From: an uncultured Alphaproteobacteria bacterium | GTDB taxonomy: Bacteria; Pseudomonadota; Alphaproteobacteria; Rhizobiales; Xanthobacteraceae | Assembly (NCBI GenBank): GCA_963739385.1 | Contig: CAVUAI010000013.1 | Coordinates: 30,512 to 94,511, forward strand | DNA: 64,000 nucleotides | Reading direction: 5' to 3' | Part shown: positions 9,530-17,674 of the stretch, one piece after another | Numbering within the stretch: position 1 is the first letter of the stretch | Layout: each line of letters starts with the position of its first letter | The notes under the pieces: generated by a model | What the model saw: only the letters and a program-made list of their open reading frames with translations | The model's database searches: none | What the model was told of the DNA's origin: nothing | Made by a program: the position numbers and the translations under genes

Positions 9530-12500
9530 TCAGACGAACACGAAATCCCCGGCATGCACCACGGCGTGGTTCGAGAGCGTGATCGTCTCGTCCTGAAAAT
9601 CGAGGCCGGAATGGATCCGCCACTGGTCGGTGCTGCCGATCTGGGTGAAGGTCGCGCCCTGCGCCTCTGTACCGAAGCCGCTGAACACCAGGAAATCCCA
9701 CTCGTTCACCTGGTCGCGGTTGAAATCGGTAACGGTCGCGCCGTTGGCGCTGCCGGCGAAGAACACGAAGGTGTCGTTGCCGTCGTTGCCGGTGAGCGTG
9801 TTCGCGCCGACGGTGACCAGCGTGTTGGCGTCGCCGTTGCCGGCACCGGTCAGCCCGGAGCCCGTCAGGTACAACGCCTCGACATTGGCCGGCAGAGCGA
9901 AGCTCAACGAAGCCATCACCGAATCGAAACCGCCGTTCGCCGCTTCGACCACCACGTCGGCGGCATTGTTGACGTAATAGAGGTCATCGCCGCCGAGCCC
10001 TTCCAGCGTGTTGGGCCCGCCACTGCTCAGCAGACTGTCGGCATTGTTCGTGCCGGTGCCGGTCAGGCCGGAGCCCATCATGTAGAGCGCTTCGGCGTCG
10101 GCCGGCATCGTGTAGTCGACGCTCGCAAGCACGGTGTCGACGCCGCCGCCGGGCACCTCGATCACGACATCGGCGGCGTTGTTGACGTAATAGAGGTCGT
10201 CGCCGCCGAGCCCTTCCAGCGTGTTGGGTCCGCCGCTGCTGAGCAGCGTCTCGGCGCCATTCGAGCCGATGCCGGTCAGCCCGGAGCCGAGCATGTAAAG
10301 CGCCTCGACAGTGTTGCCGGCCGACAGCGTATAGCTGACGGTCGCCTGCACGGTGTCGATACCGCCGCTCGCATCTTCGATCACCACGTCGCCGGCGCTG
10401 TTGACGTAATAGACGTCGTTGCCGCCGAGTCCGATCAGCGTGTTGGGTCCACTGCTGCTGATCAGGGTCTCGGCGCCATTCGAGCCCGTGCCGGTCAACC
10501 CGGCGCCGAGCATGTTGATCACCTCGACGGTGTTGCTGGCCGGCAACATGTAGTCGACGCTCGCGGCCACCGTGTCGAAGCCGGCGCCCGCCGCCTCGGT
10601 CACCACGTCGCCGGTGTTGCTGACGTAGTAGACGTCATCGCCGATACCGCCCGTCAGGCTATCGATGCCGGCGCTGTCGTACAGCACGTCGTTGCTGTCG
10701 ACGCCGCCGACGGTCACCGTGACCGTCGCCGTATCCCCGCCCGTGATGGTGTAGCTGAAGGCATCGGTGATGGTCAGGTTGGACGCGCCGGAGCCGGGCG
10801 CCGGCAGGTAGTCGAACAGGTGGTTGGGGTCGTAGCTAAACGTGCCGTTGACGTTGACCGTCAGCAGCGCGCCCGACGGCAGCGCGAACTGCGTGCCGAG
10901 CGTGCCGCCCGCTACCGCAGTCACTAAGAAGAGCAGGCTGTCAGGATCGGCGTCGGCCCCCGAGCCGTTGTCGGTGAGCACGTTCCCGGTCGCGATCGCG
11001 CTGTTCTCGGTCGTGGTGACGGCATCGTCCTGCGCCACCGCCGGATCGTCGATGGCGCTGATGACGATCTCGGTCGCTTGCGGGGCGGCACTGTAGTTAT
11101 TGCCGTCAGACAAACCCCACCTCAGCGTGCGCGTCGGATTGGCGCCGAAGTTGGTCGGATTCTCGCTGGTTGACGAGAATTGGACCGCCTGCATGAAAGC
11201 CTGGTAATCCGCGACCGACGCCGGGCGAGTGAACAGAAGGGCGCGCAAGCTGGCATCGTAAGAAAAGTCGATGCCGGAGAAGGTGCCGCTCTGCAACCCA
11301 TTCACGGTCAGGACGTCGCCATCAAACCCGCCATCAGCGATTCTGACCAAGCCTGCGACCAGGTTGACGTCGTCGATGTCGCTCGCCGTAGCGCCCGGCG
11401 AGATCGTCACCGGCGGGTTGTTCTCGGTATACGCAGCGTTTGCGTCAGCCGTCTCCTGCGGGGCGTCGTTCACGGCGGCGATAACGACCGTCGTCGTCGC
11501 GGCCGTGGCGTCCGTGCCATCCGAGACGGTCCATGTCAGGGTCCGTTGCGGGCTTGTGCCGAAGTCCGTGGGATTGTCGCTCGTCGACTGGAATCCGACC
11601 GTCTGCAGCAGCGCCTGGTAGTTCGCGACCGAGCTCCCACCGTTGAAGACCAGCGCGTGCAGCGTCGCGTCCCAGGTGAACGTGATGCCGGTCACGGTGC
11701 CGCTGGTGAGGCCGCCGACGGTCAGGACGTCGCCGTCGCCGGAAAACGAGCCGTCCGTGATCTGCACGCTTGCGAACTCGAGGTCGGTATCGTCGAGGTC
11801 GGAGAGGTTCACCGACGGCGACAGCAGCACCGGGAGCGCGTTCTCGACGAAGCCGACGTTCGGCGCAACGATGACCGCCGGGGCGTCGTTCACCGGATTG
11901 ACGGTGATCGCGATCGTGTCGGTGTCGATGGCGGTCCCGTCGCTGGTCGCGACCGTGAGCGTGTCGGCGCCGTTGAAGTTGAGGTTTCCGGTATAGGCGA
12001 GGCCCCCCAGCGCCGCGTTGATCTGCGCGGCTGTGCCGATGATGGTTACGCTGCCGGTGCCGTTGCCGGCAATGCCGGCGCCGCCGCCGGCGATCACGTT
12101 GAGCGTGCCGCTCGACACGTTGAGCGTGGTGGTGAGCGCGCTGCTGTCGACGTCCGCCACCGACACGCCGGCGATCGGCAGGCTGATGTCCTCGGCGACG
12201 CTCTGCGCGCCCGGCACCGTATTGACCGGGGCGTCGTTCACCGGATTGACGGTGATCGCGATCGTGTCGGTGTCGATGGCGGTCCCGTCGCTGGTCGCGA
12301 CCGTGAGCGTGTCGGCGCCGTTGAAGTTGAGGTTTCCGGTATAGGCGAGGCCCCCCAGCGCCGCGTTGATCTGCGCGGCCGTGCCGGTGATGGTCACGCT
12401 GGCAGTGCCGTTGCCGCTGACGCCGGCACCGGCGATCACGGTGAGCGTACCGCTCGACACGTTGAGCGTGGTGGTGAGCGCGCTGCTGTCGCTGTCCGCC

Positions 12501-15500
12501 ACTGAGACGCCGGCGATCGGCAGGGCGGTGTCCTCGGCGACGCTCTGCGCGCCCGCCACGGTATTGATCGGGGCGTCGTTCTCGGCGGTGATATCGAGGA
12601 TCGTCGTTGTGGTCGTAAAGGCCGCGCCATCCGATATGGACCAGGTCAGTGTCCGTTGCGGACTCGCATTGAAGTCGGTGGGATTGTCGCTCGTCGATTG
12701 GAATGCGACGGTCTGCAGCAGCGCCTGATAGTTCGCGACCGAACTCGCACCTGTCAGGACCAACGCATGCAGCGTCGGGTTCCAGGTGAACGTGATGCCG
12801 TTCTCGGTGCCGCTGGTGGCGCCGTTGGCGGTCAGGGTATCGCCGTCGCCGGGAAACGAGCCGTCGGTGATCTGCACGGCAGCGAAGTTGAGCTCGGTGT
12901 CGTCCGCGTCGGTGAGGCTGGCTGATGGCGAAAGCAATACCGGGGCGGCATTCTCCTGGTAGGTGGCGTCTGTAACCACGAGCGCGGGCGCGTCGTTCAC
13001 TGCCGCGACGCCGATCACTGCCGCCGCCACGTTGCTGTCGTTCGCCCCGTCGTTGACTACGACCTCGATGAGGCGATCTTCCGTGGCGGGATCGTCGCCG
13101 CTGTTGCTGTAGAAAATCTGCTGCAGCGCGGCTTCGTATTCAGCCGGGGTGGCTGAACCGGTGAGCGTGAGGACGCCGGTAAGGGGATTGTAGGCACTCG
13201 CGGTGATCGCTCCCGGCAGGGCCCCGCTGACCGTGAGCAGATCGCCGGGGTGCGGGTTCGTCAGCGTGATCGTCGCGGAAGCGAGCGTGGGGCTGTCGGC
13301 ATCGGTGACGCTGACATCGGTATCGGCGATTGGCACAGCGGCGCCGTTCTCCGTGAATGCCGTCCGGAAAGTGCTGCGAACCGAGCCGCCCGAGTCGTCG
13401 GGGTCGAGGTCCACCACCGGCCCGTTGTTCACGACCGCGACCTGGACGAAGGCCTTTGCCGTGTTGCTGTTACCGGCGCCGTCGTTGACGACGACGTCGA
13501 TGACGCGGGTGGTGGTCGACGGGTTGACGCTGCCGTTGCTGAATTCGATCTGCTGCAGCGCCGCCTGATAGTCGGCCTGGGACGAGGCGCCCGTGAGGGT
13601 GATTGTGTTGGTCCCGGAGCCCGATACCACGATGCTGCCGGGGGCTGCGCCGTTGAACGTCAGAGTGTCGAGCGCCTGCGGGTTGGTCAGCGTGATCGTC
13701 GCCGAGGCGAGGTCAGGACTGTCGCTGTCGATGATCGAAGCATCGTTATCCGCGATGGCGACTGCCGGTCCGCCTTCCGTGAACTCGGTGAGATAGTTTG
13801 CGCCGGGCGTCGTCGAACTGTTCGCGTCGAGATCGAGCGCCGGGGCGTCGTTCACCGGATTGACGGTGACCGCGATCGTGTCGGTGTCGATGGCGGTCCC
13901 GTCGCTGGTCGCGACCGTGAGCGTGTCGGCGCCGTTGAAGTTGGGGTTGCCGGTATAGGCGAGGCCCGCCAGCGCCGCGTTGATCTGCGCGGCTGTGCCG
14001 GTGATGGTTACGCTGCCGGTGCCGTTGCCGGCAATGCCGGCGCCGCCGCCGGCGATCACGTTGAGCGTGCCGCTCGACACGTTGAGCGTGGTGGTGAGCG
14101 CGCTGCTGTCGATGTCCGCCACCGACACGCCGGCGATCGGCAGGGCGGTATCCTCGGCGACGCTCTGCGCGCCCGGCACGGTATTGACCGGGGCGTCGTT
14201 CACCGGATTGACGGTGATCGCGATCGTGTCGGTGTCGATGGCGGTCCCGTCGCTGGTCGCGACCGTGAGCGTGTCGGCGCCGTTGAAGTTGAGGTTTCCG
14301 GTATAGGCGAGGCCCCCCAGCGCCGCGTTGATCTGCGCGGCTGTGCCGGTGATGGTCACGCTGGCGGTGCCGTTGCCGGTGACGCCGGCACCGGCGATCA
14401 CGGTGAGCGTACCGCTCGACACGTTGAGCGTGGTGGTGAGCGCGCTGCTGTCGATGTCCGCCACCGAGACGCCGGCGATCGGCAGGGCGGTGTCCTCGGC
14501 GACGCTCTGCGCGCCCGGCACGGTATTGACCGGGGCGTCGTTCACCGGATTGACGGTGATCGCAATCGTGTCGGTGTCGATGGCGGTCCCGTCGCTGGTC
14601 GCGACCGTGAGCGTGTCGGCGCCGTTGAAGTTGAGGTTTCCGGTATAGGCGAGGCCCCCCAGCGCCGCGTTGATCTGCGCGGCCGTGCCGGTGATGGTCA
14701 CGCTGGCGCTGCCGTTGCCGGTGACGGCGGCGCCGCCCCCGGCGATCACGTTGAGCGTGCCGCTCGATACGTTGAGCGTGGTGGTGAGCGCGCTGCTGTC
14801 GCTGTCCGCCACCGAGACGCCGGCGATCGGCAGGGCGGTGTCCTCGGCGACGCTCTGCGCGCCCGGCACGGTATTGACCGGCGGGGCGTTCGGCGGCGGG
14901 GCAACGACGTGCATGTAGGTCGTCGCCGTGTTGCTGTTGAAGGTGCCGTCGTTGACCGTCACCGTGATGATGCGGTCGCCGGTGAACGGCGTCGTATCGG
15001 GGCTGCTGTAGACCACCTGGCGCAACGCGGTCTGATAGCTCGCGAGCGAGGCCGCACCGCTGAGCGTGATGACACCGGTGCTTGAATTGTAGCTCGAAGC
15101 CGTGATGCCGGACGGCAATGTGCCGGCGATGGAGAGCAGGTCGTCCGGCTGCCGGTTGATTCCGATCGTGATCCTGGCCGACTGGATCGTCGTGCTGTCG
15201 GCGTCGGTAATCGTAACGTCGGTGTCGGCAATCGGAATGCCCGGCCCGCCGCCGGTGGCTGTCGCCGTATAGTCCGCTCCGCCGCCGTTGGAGTTGTTGG
15301 CGTCCAGATCGAGGACCGGAGGAGCGGCAGCACTCGTTACCGTGATGATCGCGCTTGCTTCGTTGCTCCACTCCCGGCCGTCGAATACGTGGACGTCGAT
15401 CGTCTTCACGGTGCCGGCTGGCCGGGTCGTGCTGAACTCGACCTGCCGGATCGCGGCCTCATAGGCGGCATGCGAGGCCGACCCGAACAGCGTGAGGGTG

Positions 15501-15913
15501 CCGTCAAAGGAATTGAAAGACGTGGCGAAAATTCCAAACGGCAACGTGCCGTTGATCGCAAGCAGGTCGCCGGGATCCGTACCCCTGATGTCGATCTCCG
15601 CCTGGGAGATCAGGAAGTCGTCGATGTCGTCGATGTCGACGTCGGTATCGGCAATCCTCACGGCCGGACCGCCTGATGTGACCTCTGCCCGATAGTCGTC
15701 GCCAAAAGACGTCGAGTTGTTGCGGTCGAGATCGAGCTCCGGCCGGAAGTTAAAGGTGAAGAGCGTGGGCGACGCGACGCTGCTGATCCAGTTGGCCGAG
15801 TTGTTGATGGCGGCGAACACCTCGGTGGGGGATCCGCTGTTCGGTCCAGCATAGATCGCATTGTCGAAGGCGACCGCGGCCGCGTTGAGATCCAGCGTGA
15901 AGCCGGGCGGCAA
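9530..15913 (-). CDS. Giant repeat-rich RTX-type adhesin / presumptive type I secretion substrate, main body (at least 2127 aa; the frame stays open upstream to 16057)
   Basis: It contains tens of beta-sandwich modules of about 100-116 aa (LDLDANNS...ITLTN...; VNDAPVNTVPGAQSVAEDTALPIAGVSVAD...). The C-terminal part has Gly/Asp calcium-binding repeats (LTGGIGDDVYYV, LIGLGGNDVYYV, LEGLGGDDLYYV, LTGNDGNDTFVF). The tail is acidic and hydrophobic, ending ...HAGDFVFV. The track start at 15911-15913 is TTG. Confidence 0.9.
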   Translation of the reverse strand: MPPGFTLDLNAAAVAFDNAIYAGPNSGSPTEVFAAINNSANWISSVASPTLFTFNFRPELDLDRNNSTSFGDDYRAEVTSGGPAVRIADTDVDIDDIDDFLISQAEIDIRGTDPGDLLAINGTLPFGIFATSFNSFDGTLTLFGSASHAAYEAAIRQVEFSTTRPAGTVKTIDVHVFDGREWSNEASAIITVTSAAAPPVLDLDANNSNGGGADYTATATGGGPGIPIADTDVTITDADSTTIQSARITIGINRQPDDLLSIAGTLPSGITASSYNSSTGVITLSGAASLASYQTALRQVVYSSPDTTPFTGDRIITVTVNDGTFNSNTATTYMHVVAPPPNAPPVNTVPGAQSVAEDTALPIAGVSVADSDSSALTTTLNVSSGTLNVIAGGGAAVTGNGSASVTITGTAAQINAALGGLAYTGNLNFNGADTLTVATSDGTAIDTDTIAITVNPVNDAPVNTVPGAQSVAEDTALPIAGVSVADIDSSALTTTLNVSSGTLTVIAGAGVTGNGTASVTITGTAAQINAALGGLAYTGNLNFNGADTLTVATSDGTAIDTDTIAITVNPVNDAPVNTVPGAQSVAEDTALPIAGVSVADIDSSALTTTLNVSSGTLNVIAGGGAGIAGNGTGSVTITGTAAQINAALAGLAYTGNPNFNGADTLTVATSDGTAIDTDTIAVTVNPVNDAPALDLDANSSTTPGANYLTEFTEGGPAVAIADNDASIIDSDSPDLASATITLTNPQALDTLTFNGAAPGSIVVSGSGTNTITLTGASSQADYQAALQQIEFSNGSVNPSTTTRVIDVVVNDGAGNSNTAKAFVQVAVVNNGPVVDLDPDDSGGSVRSTFRTAFTENGAAVPIADTDVSVTDADSPTLASATITLTNPHPGDLLTVSGALPGAITASAYNPLTGVLTLTGSATPAEYEAALQQIFYSNSGDDPATEDRLIEVVVNDGANDSNVAAAVIGVAAVNDAPALVVTDATYQENAAPVLLSPSASLTDADDTELNFAAVQITDGSFPGDGDTLTANGATSGTENGITFTWNPTLHALVLTGASSVANYQALLQTVAFQSTSDNPTDFNASPQRTLTWSISDGAAFTTTTTILDITAENDAPINTVAGAQSVAEDTALPIAGVSVADSDSSALTTTLNVSSGTLTVIAGAGVSGNGTASVTITGTAAQINAALGGLAYTGNLNFNGADTLTVATSDGTAIDTDTIAITVNPVNDAPVNTVPGAQSVAEDISLPIAGVSVADVDSSALTTTLNVSSGTLNVIAGGGAGIAGNGTGSVTIIGTAAQINAALGGLAYTGNLNFNGADTLTVATSDGTAIDTDTIAITVNPVNDAPAVIVAPNVGFVENALPVLLSPSVNLSDLDDTDLEFASVQITDGSFSGDGDVLTVGGLTSGTVTGITFTWDATLHALVFNGGSSVANYQALLQTVGFQSTSDNPTDFGTSPQRTLTWTVSDGTDATAATTTVVIAAVNDAPQETADANAAYTENNPPVTISPGATASDIDDVNLVAGLVRIADGGFDGDVLTVNGLQSGTFSGIDFSYDASLRALLFTRPASVADYQAFMQAVQFSSTSENPTNFGANPTRTLRWGLSDGNNYSAAPQATEIVISAIDDPAVAQDDAVTTTENSAIATGNVLTDNGSGADADPDSLLFLVTAVAGGTLGTQFALPSGALLTVNVNGTFSYDPNHLFDYLPAPGSGASNLTITDAFSYTITGGDTATVTVTVGGVDSNDVLYDSAGIDSLTGGIGDDVYYVSNTGDVVTEAAGAGFDTVAASVDYMLPASNTVEVINMLGAGLTGTGSNGAETLISSSGPNTLIGLGGNDVYYVNSAGDVVIEDASGGIDTVQATVSYTLSAGNTVEALYMLGSGLTGIGSNGAETLLSSGGPNTLEGLGGDDLYYVNNAADVVIEVPGGGVDTVLASVDYTMPADAEALYMMGSGLTGTGTNNADSLLSSGGPNTLEGLGGDDLYYVNNAADVVVEAANGGFDSVMASLSFALPANVEALYLTGSGLTGAGNGDANTLVTVGANTLTGNDGNDTFVFFAGSANGATVTDFNRDQVNEWDFLVFSGFGTEAQGATFTQIGSTDQWRIHSGLDFQDETITLSNHAVVHAGDFVFV
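9770..10710 (-). repeat. RTX / hemolysin-type Ca-binding repeat block inside the adhesin gene
   Basis: Four to five units of about 60 aa with the pattern GxGGxDxxYV....DxVxE...GGxDTVxASVxYxL......ALxxxGSGLTGTG. Confidence 0.75.
11880..12575 (-). repeat. Two near-identical 348-bp tandem coding repeats (116-aa module) in the adhesin gene
   Basis: The string ggggcgtcgttcaccggattgacggtgatcgcgatcgtgtcggtgtcgatggcggtcccgtcgctggtcgcgaccgtgagcgtgtcggcgcc restarts at 11880 and 12228. The plus-strand shadow ORFs at 12018 and 12366 are also 348 nt apart. Confidence 0.85.
13842..14880 (-). repeat. Three near-identical 342-348-bp tandem coding repeats in the adhesin gene (same module as 11880..12575)
   Basis: The same string restarts at 13842, 14190 and 14532. 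The encoded module is VNPVNDAPVNTVPGAQSVAEDTALPIAGVSVADxDSSALTTTLNVSSGTL.VIAG...VTITGTAAQINAALGGLAYTGNLNFNGADTLTVATSDGTAIDTDTIAIT. Confidence 0.85.
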
Positions 15914-16057
15914 GGCGGTGGTGTTGTCATTGGTCGCGTCGCCGGCGACCGTGTTGTTGCCGTCCGCAAGATCGACGACGTGCAGGATGGTCGGGGTCGC
16001 CGGATCGCCCTGATAGGCGATGATCTGGTCGCCGGCGTCATCGAGATTGAGGCCGCG

Positions 16058-16276
16058 TCAGCGTGACGGTCGTGCCGGCGGTAATTGCGGCGCCGCCGTG
16101 TAGGTGACCGTGTCTTCGCCCGACCGGAAGCCGCCGGGGGCCTGCCAGCCGTTGTCGGTGAAATTGACGACGGTGCCCGCCTCGACGTCGCGCAGGAAGA
16201 CGAACGTGAACGAGTCAGTGGTGCCGCTGTTATATTGAACGATGGCGATGTCGCCGGCGGAGAGAACGGTGGCCAT
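16058..16276 (-). pseudogene. N-terminal 72-codon fragment of the adhesin gene, cut off from the main body by an in-frame TGA (16058-16060)
   Basis: ATG at 16274-16276 is preceded by AAGGAGG with a 5-nt spacer. MATVLSAGDIAIVQYNSGTTDSFTFVFLRDVEAGTVVNFTDNGWQAPGGFRSGEDTVTYTA has no signal peptide. It lies in the same reading frame as 9530..15913 (16276-15913 = 363 = 3x121). Confidence 0.75.
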
Positions 16277-16340
16277 GACGGCCTCCTTCCGGTCGGATCA
16301 AGTCGCCCGCAAGCGCCGCGCGGAAATCCGCGCAGGTTCG

Positions 16341-16466
16341 TCAGGAAGGCGCCGCGGTCTTCTCCGGTGATTTATCGAGCCCAGTACGCGACAGCGATTG
16401 CGCCATCGCTGGAATGGGCATCAAGCTCCCAAGAAGGCCAACGACGATGCGCACAACCAAGCGCAT
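16341..16466 (-). CDS. Possible 41-aa exported peptide upstream of the adhesin gene
   Basis: ATG 16464-16466 is preceded by GGAGG with a 6-nt spacer. MRLVVRIVVGLLGSLMPIPAMA|QSLSRTGLDKSPEKTAAPS looks like a signal peptide with an AxA site. It is too short for certainty. Confidence 0.3.
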   Translation of the reverse strand: MRLVVRIVVGLLGSLMPIPAMAQSLSRTGLDKSPEKTAAPS

Positions 16467-16599
16467 GGCTCGCCTCCAACTCGAACAAACCAGTGCCGAT
16501 GGTATCACACGCGGCAACGGTGTGAAATTGGCCGTGTGACAACCAGCTCGACGGTCATGCAAGAGCCGCGACGGCTGAGAGGAGGTACTGATGCCCCTC

Positions 16600-17571
16600 T
16601 CACATCGTCAGCACGATCTTCCCGAAATGCTTGTTGTCGCGCATGTGCGCCTGCGCCTCCACCGCCTGATCGAGCGGGAAGACACGGTCGATCGGCAGCG
16701 AAAGCTTGCCCGCCGTCACCGCGTCCCAGAGATCGGCGCGCATGCGGCGGCCGATCTCGCGCACCTCGTCGAGGGTGCGGGTGCGGAAGGTCACGCCGAT
16801 ATAGTCGATGCGGCGCAGCGCATGCAGGTCGAAATCGAATTCCGCTTTGGTGCCGGCGAGGCGGCCGACATTGACGATGCGGCCGAGCAGCGCCATCGCC
16901 TTCATCGTCTGCGCCACCACCGGCCCCGACAGCATGTCGACGACGAGATCAACGCCCTTGCCGTCCGTCGCCTTCATCACGGCTTCAGGCCAGGCGGGAT
17001 CGCGGGTGTCGATGGCAAGGTCGGCGCCGAATTCCTTCAGGCGCGGGCGGCGCGCGTCATTGGTCGAGGTGCCGATCACCAGCCTTGCGCCCTTGAGCTT
17101 GGCGATCTGCAGGCCCATCAGCCCGACCCCGGAGCTGGCGCCTTGGATCATCACGCTCTCGCCCGCCTTGAGGCGGCCGGCGGTGACGAGGGCATTGTGC
17201 AGGGTGAGGAGCGCGACCGGCAAGGTTGCCGCCTGCTCGAAGCTCATGCCACCTGGGATCGGATTGACGCGTCCCCAGTCGCTGACCGCGTATTCGGCGT
17301 AGCCGCCGTTGCCCGAGCACATCACGCGGTCGCCGGGCTTGAATCCACCCTCGACCTCGGCGCCGGTTTCGATCACCTCGCCCGCCCAGTCGATGCCGAC
17401 TGCCGCGCCGACGCCGCCGTGGCTGCCATGGGGCAGCCCGCGCGCGGTGGTGAGGTCGGCGCGATTGAGGCTCGCGGCCCGCACCTTGACCAGCACCTCG
17501 TTCGGCTTCGGGCGCGGCTGCGGGATGTCGCGCAGCACCAGTCCCTTTTCACTTGCAACCCCAGCCTTCAT
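16600..17571 (-). CDS. Zinc-type alcohol dehydrogenase / NADPH:quinone oxidoreductase family (MDR) protein
   Basis: 323 aa. It has the GroES-like N-terminus (VLVKVRAASLNRADL) and a Rossmann motif (VMIQGASSGVGLMGLQIAK). Confidence 0.85.
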   Translation of the reverse strand: MKAGVASEKGLVLRDIPQPRPKPNEVLVKVRAASLNRADLTTARGLPHGSHGGVGAAVGIDWAGEVIETGAEVEGGFKPGDRVMCSGNGGYAEYAVSDWGRVNPIPGGMSFEQAATLPVALLTLHNALVTAGRLKAGESVMIQGASSGVGLMGLQIAKLKGARLVIGTSTNDARRPRLKEFGADLAIDTRDPAWPEAVMKATDGKGVDLVVDMLSGPVVAQTMKAMALLGRIVNVGRLAGTKAEFDFDLHALRRIDYIGVTFRTRTLDEVREIGRRMRADLWDAVTAGKLSLPIDRVFPLDQAVEAQAHMRDNKHFGKIVLTM

Positions 17572-17604
17572 CTCGTTCTCCGTTGATTGCAGCGAGCTAA
17601 CCGT

Positions 17605-17662
17605 ATCCCGGACGCAGCGCAGTGTGAGCGAAGCGAGGGCTTCGCGCCGCGCCGCATCCGGA
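17605..17662. repeat. REP-like imperfect palindrome (cccggac...gcagcgcag family)
   Basis: atcccggacgcagcgcagtgtgagcgaagcgagggcttcgcgccgcgccgcatccggac. It is related to elements at 54790..54958 and 63706..63874. Confidence 0.55.
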
Positions 17663-17674
17663 CCTTGATTGCGT

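Noticed and set aside
8206-9582. 458-aa plus-strand ORF overlapping the TctC-like gene at 8339..9424 in another frame
   Set aside because: Its composition is Arg/Gly-rich. The +1 neighbour frame has a signal peptide and Bug-like motifs.
11880-14880. Regularly spaced repeats that might be taken for a CRISPR array
   Set aside because: The period is 342-348 bp with no unique spacers. The repeats are coding, in frame and contiguous. No cas genes are present.
13250-15371. Long ORFs (611 aa plus strand, 541 aa minus strand in another frame) inside the adhesin repeats
   Set aside because: They are shadow frames of the tandem repeats, with periodic RRD/GDR low-complexity translations. The adhesin frame is continuous and module-like.
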